Shown here: in pieces, positions 1 through 9,575 of the stretch
Numbering within the stretch: the stretch's first letter is position 1
Layout of the letters: each line of letters starts with the position of its first letter
Assembly: GCA_965248265.1 (NCBI GenBank)
Contig: CBDFJF010000001.1
Location: forward strand, 1,568,001 to 1,632,000
DNA length: 64,000 nt
Origin: Candidatus Latescibacterota bacterium
GTDB taxonomy: Bacteria > Latescibacterota > UBA2968 > UBA8231
Direction: 5' to 3'
Notes under the pieces: generated by a model
The model's database searches: none
What the model was told of the DNA's origin: nothing
The model's input: the letters and a program-made list of their open reading frames with translations, nothing else
Program-made: the position numbers and the translations under genes

Positions 1-405
1 ATTCTGCAAATTCCCTAACTGCAGTTCACTAATGCGATCCTGTGTATTCTCTCTGTCTTCTTGTCGCCCCAACTGACGGGCGTGCTGGGCAATGCCCACT
101 CCCTGAGCCCCTACCCTGGCTATGTTTTCCAGAAATCCAGCCTTAGGCATAACAGGGGCTTGGCCCTGCGCACCTGTGCCAGGACTCAAAGCATTCATCA
201 GGTTGGCTATCGATTGAGATCGACGAGCCTCTTCTATCGCCTGCCGTTGGCGCTCTTCTACTTCTCCTCCAGCCAACCCCCGTAGTCCTGCACCTGTCGC
301 TGGTAGCAGTAATCGGGATAGAGCCGGACCCCCTGGTATAGCACTGGACGCCAATGTGATTCCAGCAGGGACGGCAAATGATGCGAGCTTATCGAAGAAT
401 CCCAT
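1..405 (-). CDS. Putative internal virion/DNA-ejection protein (3' end outside window)
   Basis: Manually read ORF MGFFDKLASFAVPAGITLASSAIPGG..., open to base 1. ATG overlaps the TAA of the upstream gene (TAATG). Gly/Ala-rich hydrophobic N-terminus is typical of ejection proteins. Confidence 0.6.
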   Translation of the reverse strand, partial: MGFFDKLASFAVPAGITLASSAIPGGPALSRLLLPATGAGLRGLAGGEVEERQRQAIEEARRSQSIANLMNALSPGTGAQGQAPVMPKAGFLENIARVGAQGVGIAQHARQLGRQEDRENTQDRISELQLGNLQN

Positions 406-3400
406 TATAGTAACCCCAGTGCTCTAAGTTCTTCGGAGGTTTCTGCCCCCTGTTGTTGAGCAAGAGCCAATGCTTCTCCTCTGGCCATGCCTGGATTCTG
501 CGCCATGATTTTGTCTGCCCTGGCGTTAAGAATTGTCGTTTGCTTGTCAAGGCCGGTCTGTATGGTTTCCCCGACGGCTTCTGGATCATCTATTCCCAAG
601 TCAAGAATTGGCCCTTGGTTTAATTCCGCCCCGCCCCCTCCGCTGTTAGTTGGGCCCGGAGCACCAGTGCCCTGATTAGCTAATGGTATTCCAAGTAAAG
701 CACTGATACGATTGGCAATGTCGGTATTGTCAAAGTTGAACCCTGCCTCATTTGCCGCAATCGCCTGAGTAATCACATCGCGATCTTCAAACTGCCTGCG
801 AGCTCTATCCTCCGCAGCAGCAGCCAGATCGCGATTGAACTGACTATTTCCTAACTGATCCTGCATCAGCAAGCTCTGCAGCGTGTCCTGTTGGGCGCCG
901 CCGGTGAACTGACCGCTGATGACTCCGAGGGCTTGCTGGATTGCGAGGTTCTGAGCCGACGTAAACTGATTGCGCTGATCTTGCTGGGCTCTTTCCTGGA
1001 TGTCAGCAGACCTATCGAATTGCTTACCCTGCTGAGCCAACCTCTGCTGGTCCAGTCCGAATCCTCGATCAAACTGCGACCCCTGCTGTAGTAACTGAGC
1101 CAAGAATTGTTCGTCCTGCTGACTGAGCCTCCGCTCGTCCAGCCCAAAGCCGCGATCAAATTGGCTACCCTGCTGCAGTAGCTGAGCCAGAAATTGTTCG
1201 TCCTGCTGTGACAGGCGCTGTTCATCGAGACCAAACCCTCGATCAAACTGCGACCCCTGCTGTAGTAACTGAGCCAGAAATTGCTGATCTTGCTGGCTGA
1301 GTCTCTGTTGCTCGAGCCCCGATGACGTTTCAAATTGCTCGCCTTGCTGGACAAGCTGCTGTCCGAATTGGCCTGCCTGTTGTTCCCTTGAGACTTGTTG
1401 CTCTTCGAGAGATTGCCCAAATTGCGATCCTTGCTGTGTCAGCTGATCGATGAATTGCCGATCCTGCTGGCTCATCCGCGCGGTATCCAGCCCCAAACTC
1501 TGGGCGAATTGCTCCCCCTGCTGCGAGAGTTGCTGCTGCTGTAAGCCAAACTGCTGGCCGAATTGACCGGCCTGTTGCGCCAGCCTCGCTTCGTCCAACC
1601 CCAACCCTCTGGAAAACTGACTCTCCTGCTGGCCCAGCTGGGCGCGCGCCAATGCCTCAGTTGCCTCCCTACCCAACTGCTGCTCCAGCAGCGACCTGCC
1701 AAATTGCGATTCCTGCTGCCCAAGCTGCTGACCGAATTGTGATCCTTGTTGAAGCCTTCCTAACAGCTGCTCTTCCAGGCTTCTGCCAAATTGTGACTCC
1801 TGCTGTCCCATCCTTGACTCTTCCAGGCCCAGGCTTCTTGCGAATTGAGACTCTTGCTGGCCAAGACGCTGCGACTCAAGTCCCAGCTGCTGCCTGGCCA
1901 AACGGCTCTCCAATGTCTCCTGTGGGCCAAAGCGCCCCTCGACCACTCCCAAGGCCTGCTGGATTGCGAAGTCTCTATCGGCATCTCTGCCAGTTGTGCT
2001 GACGTCAAATTGCCTTCCCTGCTCACCCAGTGCCTGACGGAACTGAGATCCCTGGTCCAGCCTTCCAAGACGCTGCTCGTTCAGCGATCGTCCGAATTGC
2101 GTGTTCTGTTGCTCGAGAGCCTGTCCCTGCAGTCCTTCGCCGGTTAAGGCCCGTCTGATGTCTTCCTGGAACAACTCCCTACCAGTGGGCGTAGTCGCTG
2201 TCAGTCCTCTTGCCAGAGAACGATCTGCTACGTCCTGCTGCAGTCCGGCTCGTTGCAGGCCGAAGTTGGCGCCGAACTGAGCCGAATTGAGCGATCTGTT
2301 GGCTTGATCGCCAGACAATCCTAATGCCGCGGGTAAGACTCGCCCGAACGCGTCCTGTATCCCCTGCGCTCTGACTCCCGCGCGACCGCGCTCAATGCCG
2401 CTGTCGAATTGGCCAAGCACATCAGCTACCCTACCGCTCGATACTCCATCACCTCCCAGGACACCGAAGCGCTGCAAGTCCTCTATCTGCTGATCTCTGG
2501 CCTGTCCAGCGTTGAAGTCGAAGTCAGCCAGAGCCGCTTGGGTAATGGGGTCTTGCCCAGAAGCTGCTCCTGCCAACTGCCCGCTCAGTAACTGCTGTAT
2601 CTGCTGCTCAAACGGGCTCTGTTGCGGCTGCTGGAAACTCAGCGAATTTGCCGTCCTTTGCCCTGCTCTCTCTGCTCTGTCAACCAACGCTGCCGTCTGA
2701 AACTGGTGTGGCTGTGATGACGGCTGGGCAAATGGGTTATTGGCACCCACTCCGCTCTGTACTGCTGCAGGAGTCGCAGGGAGAGGGGGAGGGGCACTTG
2801 TCGCCCCTGGAGGGGGAATAGCTGGTATTGCAGGCGCAGGAGGCGGAGGAGCAGGCGGTGGAGGAGCCGTAGGAGGGGCTGCCGGTTTGGCCGCCGGCGT
2901 CTTTGATATAACCTCTCCTGAAGGGCCAGTTTTTATTACAAAATCTTTTGTCCCAATAGTCACATTGGGCCGATACTGGGATGGCGTGGGCTGGTAAGTA
3001 TCCCCATTTGATGGCGGAGGAACTACAGGCTTCTTTGTAGGCGTAGAAACTACTTCTGGAGCAATAGCCGGTGGCTTATCCGGACGCACTATTTCAGGAT
3101 TGGCAGGGCCGCTGGGAGGAGGTCTGTTTGGTGCAGTCGCATCAACCCGACCAAAGAAATCATCTAACCCCTCGGGCTTCCCTGCATCAATCTGCTTGAA
3201 AAAGTCATCAAACATACTCCCGCTGGAAGTAGGTTTGTCGGCTGGGCGCACCAATTCAGGGTTTGCTGGACCACTTGGGCGGGGAGAAGTTGGCCTAACT
3301 ATTTCGGGGTTTGCTGGGCCGCTTCGGGGGCGGTCAGGAGAGGGCGTAAGCCCTACCAGAAACATTACTTGTGCCTCTGAAATCCCCATCTGTTGGGCTA

Positions 3401-3425
3401 ATCTTGCTATCGCTTCAGGGTTCAT
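405..3425 (-). CDS. Large Pro-rich/Gln-rich virion protein, putative DNA pilot/ejection protein (1006 aa)
   Basis: Pro-rich N-terminus with repeated SGPANPE(I/L)VRP; long Gln-rich helical region with 11/18/29-aa repeats; located after the adaptor in the late operon. Confidence 0.6.
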   Translation of the reverse strand: MNPEAIARLAQQMGISEAQVMFLVGLTPSPDRPRSGPANPEIVRPTSPRPSGPANPELVRPADKPTSSGSMFDDFFKQIDAGKPEGLDDFFGRVDATAPNRPPPSGPANPEIVRPDKPPAIAPEVVSTPTKKPVVPPPSNGDTYQPTPSQYRPNVTIGTKDFVIKTGPSGEVISKTPAAKPAAPPTAPPPPAPPPPAPAIPAIPPPGATSAPPPLPATPAAVQSGVGANNPFAQPSSQPHQFQTAALVDRAERAGQRTANSLSFQQPQQSPFEQQIQQLLSGQLAGAASGQDPITQAALADFDFNAGQARDQQIEDLQRFGVLGGDGVSSGRVADVLGQFDSGIERGRAGVRAQGIQDAFGRVLPAALGLSGDQANRSLNSAQFGANFGLQRAGLQQDVADRSLARGLTATTPTGRELFQEDIRRALTGEGLQGQALEQQNTQFGRSLNEQRLGRLDQGSQFRQALGEQGRQFDVSTTGRDADRDFAIQQALGVVEGRFGPQETLESRLARQQLGLESQRLGQQESQFARSLGLEESRMGQQESQFGRSLEEQLLGRLQQGSQFGQQLGQQESQFGRSLLEQQLGREATEALARAQLGQQESQFSRGLGLDEARLAQQAGQFGQQFGLQQQQLSQQGEQFAQSLGLDTARMSQQDRQFIDQLTQQGSQFGQSLEEQQVSREQQAGQFGQQLVQQGEQFETSSGLEQQRLSQQDQQFLAQLLQQGSQFDRGFGLDEQRLSQQDEQFLAQLLQQGSQFDRGFGLDERRLSQQDEQFLAQLLQQGSQFDRGFGLDQQRLAQQGKQFDRSADIQERAQQDQRNQFTSAQNLAIQQALGVISGQFTGGAQQDTLQSLLMQDQLGNSQFNRDLAAAAEDRARRQFEDRDVITQAIAANEAGFNFDNTDIANRISALLGIPLANQGTGAPGPTNSGGGGAELNQGPILDLGIDDPEAVGETIQTGLDKQTTILNARADKIMAQNPGMARGEALALAQQQGAETSEELRALGLL
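1050..1310 (-). repeat. Three 87-bp (29-aa) coding tandem repeats, EQRLSQQDEQFLAQLLQQGSQFDRGFGLD
   Basis: Seen in the translation; the DNA copies differ mainly at synonymous sites. Confidence 0.85.
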
Positions 3426-3426
3426 G

Positions 3427-4353
3427 CTATGCCGCCGTTACAGTGTCTGATCCTACGATGATTGTCACGCCGTCGTCGCCGTCGCCCGCGCCATACCGCT
3501 TCGCCGGATATCGGCGGTTGCCGTTCATTTTCTTGGCCTGCTCTGAATGTCCCGCCAGTGCCCGATTCATGTTTCTCTCCTGCTCACTGGCAGGTTCGTA
3601 CTGCCTGTTGTCGTCCAGGTACAGCTTGCGAGCTCCGTAGATAAGAGCTGATTCCAGAGACCTCGGAATGCCCAGCACTTGCATGGTGCTACTGTCGTCG
3701 CTGGACGTCCAAGCCGCGATGTCCATCCGGTACTTGACCCGGATCACGTCGCCAGACGGAGCCGCGGCGGGCCAGACATCAAGGGTTGGGTACCCGGTAC
3801 TGGCCTGCAGCCCACCGATCTGGATAGCCTCCGCGTTAGCACTCCAGTCTCGATCCGGGTCCGAGTCGTCGTACGCCTCCGATTCGATGATCGGTACGGG
3901 CCAGTTCTGAGTCTCGTTGTGGAACGAAGTCCAGTTCGTGACCGGCCCGGATATAGGCGTGTACACCCGCGTAACCGCCGACGAGCTGAACGTGGCCGTC
4001 GCCCCCGAGGTGCCGCCCGTGATGGTCTCCGTCGCCGTGAAGTCGCCTGATTCGGAGTAGACGTAGAGGTACCCGTTGGTCGAGTCGTACGAGTCCACGG
4101 TCGCCGTCTTGCCAGATGTGCCCCCGGTGATTGTTTCCCCGCTCGTAAAGGTGCCAGACGCCCCAGTGATCGTGAACGTCAGCGTCGTGCGGAACGTCGT
4201 CTCCCGATCGAGAAACCATCCCGGCACCAACGACAACAGCTCGGCGGACATCGTGGACAGATACGTCCGCGCCTCGTCCTTGTACTCTGTGACGGACGTA
4301 CTCAGGCGCACCCCTTTGAGGACACGGGTAATAGCTGTTGCGAGCGTCGCCAT
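3427..4353 (-). CDS. Putative head-tail adaptor (tail tubular A-like) with an inserted Thr/Gly/Ser-rich domain
   Basis: N-terminus MATLATAITRV and C-terminal IP..LESALIYGA..LY pattern resemble podovirus adaptors. The insert has two copies of G(T/D)FTxxETITGGTSGxTAT. Confidence 0.55.
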   Translation of the reverse strand: MATLATAITRVLKGVRLSTSVTEYKDEARTYLSTMSAELLSLVPGWFLDRETTFRTTLTFTITGASGTFTSGETITGGTSGKTATVDSYDSTNGYLYVYSESGDFTATETITGGTSGATATFSSSAVTRVYTPISGPVTNWTSFHNETQNWPVPIIESEAYDDSDPDRDWSANAEAIQIGGLQASTGYPTLDVWPAAAPSGDVIRVKYRMDIAAWTSSDDSSTMQVLGIPRSLESALIYGARKLYLDDNRQYEPASEQERNMNRALAGHSEQAKKMNGNRRYPAKRYGAGDGDDGVTIIVGSDTVTAA

Positions 4354-5186
4354 CAGGCTTCAGCCAGCACCCCTTCAGGAATCTCGGACTCACCAGCAAC
4401 AACCGGAGCTCCGTCGCCACCGTAATGGACCTCCTGCCCGCCGCCGTCGATCTCACCGTATTTGCCAGCGGCGATCTTGGACTGAACTTCACTGCCCAGC
4501 CTGCCGCCGTCGCGCCGGGCCTCGATCCACATCTCGTACTCCGGCGACTTGATCGGCTTGCCGTCGGCTCCCTTGGCGGCGCCCTGGTCGACAACCACGT
4601 CGACGACTTCCTCGGTATATATCTGATTCCCCTCCTCGTTGACGATGATCTTTCCATTCTCGTCGCGCATGGGGATTGGCTTTCTACGCTGCTCGACGTG
4701 CGGCTCGGCGTAGATCGTGCGCCGGGGGTTGCCGTTACCGTCCATCTCAATGCCGCCATTACCGTCTGAGAGCAGATACATCTTGATCGCAGCCGGAGGC
4801 AGTGGCACGAAATCGTTCGGGTGGCGCACCTCAGTACCGCCATGCACCTTCAGCTCCTCGGCGTCGTAGTCGCGCCATGCGTAGGGTCGCAAGGGTTTGG
4901 CCGGAGTCGTATTGAGCAACGCCCGTCCTTCCTGCGTCTGCGCAGCCGCCCGTAGCAGTGCCGTGGCGATGTTCGGGTTGCCAGTCAGCACCTTGATGAT
5001 CTCGGCCTCCTGCGTAGCGTCCACAGCCTCTACCGGATCAGAAGTGCCATCTTCCGGCACCGGTTCGCTTTCGCCCAACACCTGTGCTCCTTCTGGGATT
5101 GCGTTGGCCTCCTCAACAGCAGCCTGTGCTGCCGGATCGGGCTCTCCCTGCGGTCCTGACTGTCCCATGTTCTGCCGCTTTGCCAA
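4353..5186 (-). CDS. Hypothetical acidic phage protein
   Basis: Long ORF; probable TTG start after a GGAGGT SD; stop abuts the next ATG. Confidence 0.6.
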   Translation of the reverse strand: MAKRQNMGQSGPQGEPDPAAQAAVEEANAIPEGAQVLGESEPVPEDGTSDPVEAVDATQEAEIIKVLTGNPNIATALLRAAAQTQEGRALLNTTPAKPLRPYAWRDYDAEELKVHGGTEVRHPNDFVPLPPAAIKMYLLSDGNGGIEMDGNGNPRRTIYAEPHVEQRRKPIPMRDENGKIIVNEEGNQIYTEEVVDVVVDQGAAKGADGKPIKSPEYEMWIEARRDGGRLGSEVQSKIAAGKYGEIDGGGQEVHYGGDGAPVVAGESEIPEGVLAEA

Positions 5187-5188
5187 AA

Positions 5189-6103
5189 TCACACCTCCGT
5201 CATTTCGTATTCTGCTGTTGGGTCTGGATCGTGCACTGGTCTGTCCAGCGCCACCAAGCTCAGATACTGCCTGGCCTTGTTTCGAATGTCTGCATGCTTC
5301 ATGGCCCATTCGCGAGCCTCAGAAAAGCGAGCGGGGGAGCTCAGTTCCTTCTCCAGCTCCTCCTGCGTGTAGTTGATGTCCTCCGTGCGCCCGGAGAAGT
5401 TGCGCTTGGCGAAGTGGTCTGCCATTGTCTCGTTGCTCACCCACCCGTCGCCTCTCGGTGCATCTACGCCCCTGGCATCGAAGACGAACGCCTGCTTCCC
5501 GCAAGCCAGCGCCTCGAGGATGCCGCGGCCATACCCCACCATGACACGAGAACGGCGCATCAGAGACGCCACGTCTTCCTTGGGCGAGCTCTTGTAGTGA
5601 ACAGTCATACAACTCAACCCCAGGCGCTCACACGCCTTCGAAACCATCGCCGAGCCTCGGATGCCCTTACACAGGTTGAGCACATCGAACTCCGCCTCCT
5701 GCGGATAGAACCGCTCCAGATTGATGCCGTTGGTTATCACCGTGCTCTCGAAACCGCGCTCTGAAAGCACGCCCTGTACTTCCTGTGACACTGCCACCAC
5801 ATGATCAGCGCCTATCTGATACTGCTCTGCCTGATGCGTTGGTCCGTGCTGGGTGTAAATCACAGGACACGTCAGGAACGGCCTGAGAATGCGCATACAG
5901 GTGTTGTGGTTGACGATGGCCAGATCAATGTCTGTAGGCATCTGACGCACATGCACCTTGCAGGGCAGCTTGAACACGCCCTCAACGAACGTGAACACCT
6001 CCACCTCGTGGTCCTTCTCCATCAATGCAATCGCCATCTCGCGCACCCAGGTCTGGGTCCCGCCGTATTGGGCAAAGTCGTGGTTAGTCAGCAGGATCTT
6101 CAT
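5189..6103 (-). CDS. Glycosyltransferase, GT-B fold (GT4-like)
   Basis: MKILLTN...GGTQTW, VVAVS, VITNGINLERF and GRGILEALACGK motifs. Confidence 0.85.
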   Translation of the reverse strand: MKILLTNHDFAQYGGTQTWVREMAIALMEKDHEVEVFTFVEGVFKLPCKVHVRQMPTDIDLAIVNHNTCMRILRPFLTCPVIYTQHGPTHQAEQYQIGADHVVAVSQEVQGVLSERGFESTVITNGINLERFYPQEAEFDVLNLCKGIRGSAMVSKACERLGLSCMTVHYKSSPKEDVASLMRRSRVMVGYGRGILEALACGKQAFVFDARGVDAPRGDGWVSNETMADHFAKRNFSGRTEDINYTQEELEKELSSPARFSEAREWAMKHADIRNKARQYLSLVALDRPVHDPDPTAEYEMTEV

Positions 6104-6876
6104 GCCGCGTTGCGCTCCTTGAACTGCGCCAATTTGTCCACCATCTCGCCAAGAGACGGCTCGTATCTGGTGGGCTCAGCCAATTTCGCCGCCACCTGGT
6201 CGTTATTCTTGCCGCGACTCAACGCCAGCTCTATCTCTCTGATCCTCGGAAGGTCAGCCGGGTCGTGCATACCGTGGGCGATGCCGAAGCCGAAGTGAAC
6301 GTGCCGCTTGATGCCAATGTCCTCGCAGTACTGGTTGAAGAAAGAATCTGTCGGCACCGGTCCCTGCTGCTGAAACGGGTATTTCCCCACCTCGTACAGC
6401 CGATCAAAGACACTCGTCTTCACCAGCGTCATCGCCCAGGTGATCATGTCCGTTGACTGCACCTCATCCCCGTCGTCCTGTTCATGGGGTACCAATCGCA
6501 GGTTGTTTGCCAACAATTCCTCTCTGGTGCCGATCATATTGACCCAATCCCCGATCTGCTTCATGGCCAGGGACGAATACGGCCACACCTTTCGGAATGT
6601 CTGGAAACCGATCACGTCCTTATCGGCCTCCAGCAGCACATCGAGGCCGTTGATGGGGAACCCCCAGTGATCGTCTTCGACGAACAGCACATGGGACGCT
6701 CCCATTGACTGGGCCATCCCTACCGTCTCTTCCTGCACCTCGTAGAGCGGCCGGTATATCTGGAAGTGCTGTCTGAGCCCAAACTTTGCCTTGTTGTGGG
6801 CGTACCACTCCATCCAGTGCGGCAGAAACTTCTTGGCCGGATCGACCTTCACCCATGGCACACAGCAGCAGATCAT
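6100..6876 (-). CDS. Glycosyltransferase, GT-A fold (GT2-like)
   Basis: SHVLFVEDDH (DxD-like), LLEADKDVIG, TLVKTSVFDRL and TDSFF motifs; ATGA overlaps on both sides. Confidence 0.75.
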   Translation of the reverse strand: MICCCVPWVKVDPAKKFLPHWMEWYAHNKAKFGLRQHFQIYRPLYEVQEETVGMAQSMGASHVLFVEDDHWGFPINGLDVLLEADKDVIGFQTFRKVWPYSSLAMKQIGDWVNMIGTREELLANNLRLVPHEQDDGDEVQSTDMITWAMTLVKTSVFDRLYEVGKYPFQQQGPVPTDSFFNQYCEDIGIKRHVHFGFGIAHGMHDPADLPRIREIELALSRGKNNDQVAAKLAEPTRYEPSLGEMVDKLAQFKERNAA

Positions 6877-7604
6877 GCTTCCACCATGTGGATATCGTCC
6901 CAGTTCAACAGCGGCCGTCCTTCGTCTGATTTGTAATCCCGATGCACTGCTTGGCCCCTGCGGGCCAGCCATTTTTCGGCGTACTTGGGACCGAACACGT
7001 TCCCGTAGTACTCGCATTTTCGCTCCCACAGCTCGACCGAAAAGCCCTTACCGAAATGCTTGATGATGCCACTCTTGTGATTCTGGTTCTGCGGCCGGTG
7101 GTGCATGATGCGCTGGTCGTTGTAGGTAAACCCGCGCAGGAATTGGTCAACCCGATAGAAAAACGGGATGTTGCGCACCTCCGGTCCCACCCATCGACGC
7201 TGTGTATAGTCCTTGTCCTCGTCTTCGGGTGTGATGTACACATCGTACCATCTGCACTCGATGACATTGACTTCGGGGAGCTGCAGCATCCCCGAGTCAA
7301 AGTCATACAGGTGTTCATCTGCATCGAAGTAAGCCAGCCAATCCCCTTCCTCGAGGAATCGCATAGCCGATCCGAATACAGCGTGTCTGTTGAACCATTC
7401 TGCTCTTTCCCTATCGGGATCGAACAGATCGCTGGTGACTACTTCGACAACCCCCGGATGCGCACGGCATATTTCAGCCGTGTCATCCGTTGAGTTATCG
7501 TCGTAGATGTGAATCCCGTCAGGACAAACCCGCGCCCACCGATCCAGAGTGTCATGGATGATGTGCGCCTCGTTGCGCACCTTCGAGACTCCGCGTACCT
7601 GCAT
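6873..7604 (-). CDS. Glycosyltransferase family 2
   Basis: VRNEAHII, IYDDNSTDDTAEI, FDADE and IKHFG motifs. Confidence 0.9.
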   Translation of the reverse strand: MQVRGVSKVRNEAHIIHDTLDRWARVCPDGIHIYDDNSTDDTAEICRAHPGVVEVVTSDLFDPDRERAEWFNRHAVFGSAMRFLEEGDWLAYFDADEHLYDFDSGMLQLPEVNVIECRWYDVYITPEDEDKDYTQRRWVGPEVRNIPFFYRVDQFLRGFTYNDQRIMHHRPQNQNHKSGIIKHFGKGFSVELWERKCEYYGNVFGPKYAEKWLARRGQAVHRDYKSDEGRPLLNWDDIHMVEA

Positions 7605-7607
7605 GGT

Positions 7608-8453
7608 TCAGTTGATCTGGATGTCGATGAGCACGTACTCCGTGTCCACCGCTACCGTGAGGAACTTGCCGACGAGAGGTTCTGCGAAGTTCAACAGAGA
7701 GAAATCATCCTCCGAGTTGATGGCCGCAATCTGCAGCGGCTCCGCAGCGCCATTCACGCCGTCAGACAACACGGCGATCGTACCTCCCGCGATCGTACCC
7801 GCGCTCTCATCAGCCAGAACAACTCCGTGTCCCTTACGCTGAATCCAGGCGTACTCACCGGCCGCTACATCGACCAGCGTCACGCCCTTGATCACGTCGT
7901 CGGTGCCGTTGTTGGCGATCACCAGGTTGTTGTAGGGGTGCCCGATGATGGAGCAACTCCCTTCAGAAACCAGTGCGACCGCCAAGCCTGGATCGTGGAT
8001 GACGATACCCATCACATTGGCCGTTGTCTTCGATCCAGCCTCGTGCGACTGGATCTTGTACTTGTGGCCTTCGCCGCCAGCGTCGGTGATTATCAGATAA
8101 CCACCGGCCCACTCGTTGATCAGGTCGTCCGAAGTGATGTCGGTCGTCTTGACATAGATGAGCGTATCACCAACCGCGTACGTGTCCTTCGCCGCCCCCG
8201 CAGAGTCCACGAAAGCCGCGTCAAAGGAGGTCTGAATCGCTTCAGACGCGTCCATCGCAGCGATTTTCCCCGGGCCGCATGCGCCCGAGAAATAGCTGTA
8301 CACGTACTCTGAGCCGTCGCTGGGGTCGAAACGAACAGAGCCGATAGCGCCCTGTTCGTTTGTGCTTACATCATACAGGCCCTGCGTGACGCCGTCGGAC
8401 ACTCCTCCGTAGCCAGTAAGACCGTTTGCTCCAAAATTCGTTGGGACTGCCAT
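7608..8453 (-). CDS. Putative capsid decoration/cement protein
   Basis: Directly after the major capsid gene; beta-rich, with GSEYVY and VAAGEYAWIQRKG patterns. Confidence 0.55.
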   Translation of the reverse strand: MAVPTNFGANGLTGYGGVSDGVTQGLYDVSTNEQGAIGSVRFDPSDGSEYVYSYFSGACGPGKIAAMDASEAIQTSFDAAFVDSAGAAKDTYAVGDTLIYVKTTDITSDDLINEWAGGYLIITDAGGEGHKYKIQSHEAGSKTTANVMGIVIHDPGLAVALVSEGSCSIIGHPYNNLVIANNGTDDVIKGVTLVDVAAGEYAWIQRKGHGVVLADESAGTIAGGTIAVLSDGVNGAAEPLQIAAINSEDDFSLLNFAEPLVGKFLTVAVDTEYVLIDIQIN

Positions 8454-8522
8454 TGTTCTTCTCCCTTTCTACCCCTATGGGTAGGGTTCAGGGGTGCATT
8501 GGTTTGCTCCCCGAAAGGTGGT

Positions 8523-9527
8523 TTATGCTCCGGTGAGTGCCGTAGCTACGCCGTTCTCACGCCGCCGGAATGTGGTTGTGGTTACACCCGCCACGACATA
8601 CGCGAGCTGGGCGAGTTGCCCGTTGGACTGCAGAGTCACAAACGGCGTCTTCCGGTAGTTGACCCGGCGCATGATGTTCATGACAACGCCGGCGTCTTCC
8701 TTCGACGACCCTGGTACCATGTAGCTGTGCAGTGCCGTGCAGTCGTTGTCCGCCAGCAGTTTGTAGCCGTAGAAGGGCGGATGGTAATCCCCCCCAATAC
8801 CGCGGGCATTCTCGACTGCCGTACGTGCGTAGCCCTGCGAGGACAGCGCGATGCGATACGCCTTGGCGATGCTCCAGGTGGTGAAAATGCGCCCCTTAGG
8901 TGAGGCTCCCTGGATCATGATCAGATCGAGTAGGTCGTTCCACACGTCGATCCCATCGAAGACGTTGGTTGCGGTCTGTGTCAAAAACGTCTTTGCGTCC
9001 GTGACGCGCTGGTTGTCCCAGACCGTGGTGTTGCCGGAATTGACGCCGCCGATAGTGGCGCCGGACGCATCCGCGATCAGGTCAGGAAAGCCCAGAATGT
9101 TCTTACCGGCTTGCGCTGTGTAAAAATCCTCGTTCTGGGCTTTGAGAAGACTCTGCATGGAGTTGTTCCCCAGCATCATCATCTCGTCGTACACCTTTTC
9201 AGGACCGGAGTTTTCCCACCCCTCGGTGTCTGAAAGGATGACCGGGCAGTAGTAATAGCGCTTGTTGTAAAAAACGCCCTCTGCCGGGTTGATCGGCGCC
9301 TTGTTCAGCGTGTCATACTCTGAAAACGACCCCGCTGTGTTGCCGCTGGTCTCGATGTGGCCCTGGATGCCACGCCCTCCGCTGTCAACCATCTTGAGAG
9401 CGGATTTCTTGAACTCATTTACCGTGGTGTACTTCTCGAAGAAGTTGTTCACCACGTCCGGCCTGACGGATCGACGCGTTGCCGTCCAGTGTGTATCCGC
9501 CACTTCGGAAAGTGTTTGTGCAGCCAT
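8523..9527 (-). CDS. Major capsid protein
   Basis: 334 aa, follows the scaffold; GGRGI, FSEYDTL, IGGVN..WDNQ and C-terminal RRENGVAT patterns of HK97-fold capsids. Confidence 0.8.
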   Translation of the reverse strand: MAAQTLSEVADTHWTATRRSVRPDVVNNFFEKYTTVNEFKKSALKMVDSGGRGIQGHIETSGNTAGSFSEYDTLNKAPINPAEGVFYNKRYYYCPVILSDTEGWENSGPEKVYDEMMMLGNNSMQSLLKAQNEDFYTAQAGKNILGFPDLIADASGATIGGVNSGNTTVWDNQRVTDAKTFLTQTATNVFDGIDVWNDLLDLIMIQGASPKGRIFTTWSIAKAYRIALSSQGYARTAVENARGIGGDYHPPFYGYKLLADNDCTALHSYMVPGSSKEDAGVVMNIMRRVNYRKTPFVTLQSNGQLAQLAYVVAGVTTTTFRRRENGVATALTGA

Positions 9528-9575
9528 GTCTTGGACCTTCTATTGAAAGCCCGCGACCGTTCATCTACACGCTTG

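Noticed and set aside
8454-8522. Hairpins between the capsid and decoration genes as a riboswitch/ncRNA
   Set aside because: Short stems (CTACCC/GGGTAG) without a recognisable family; more likely a simple processing or attenuation element.
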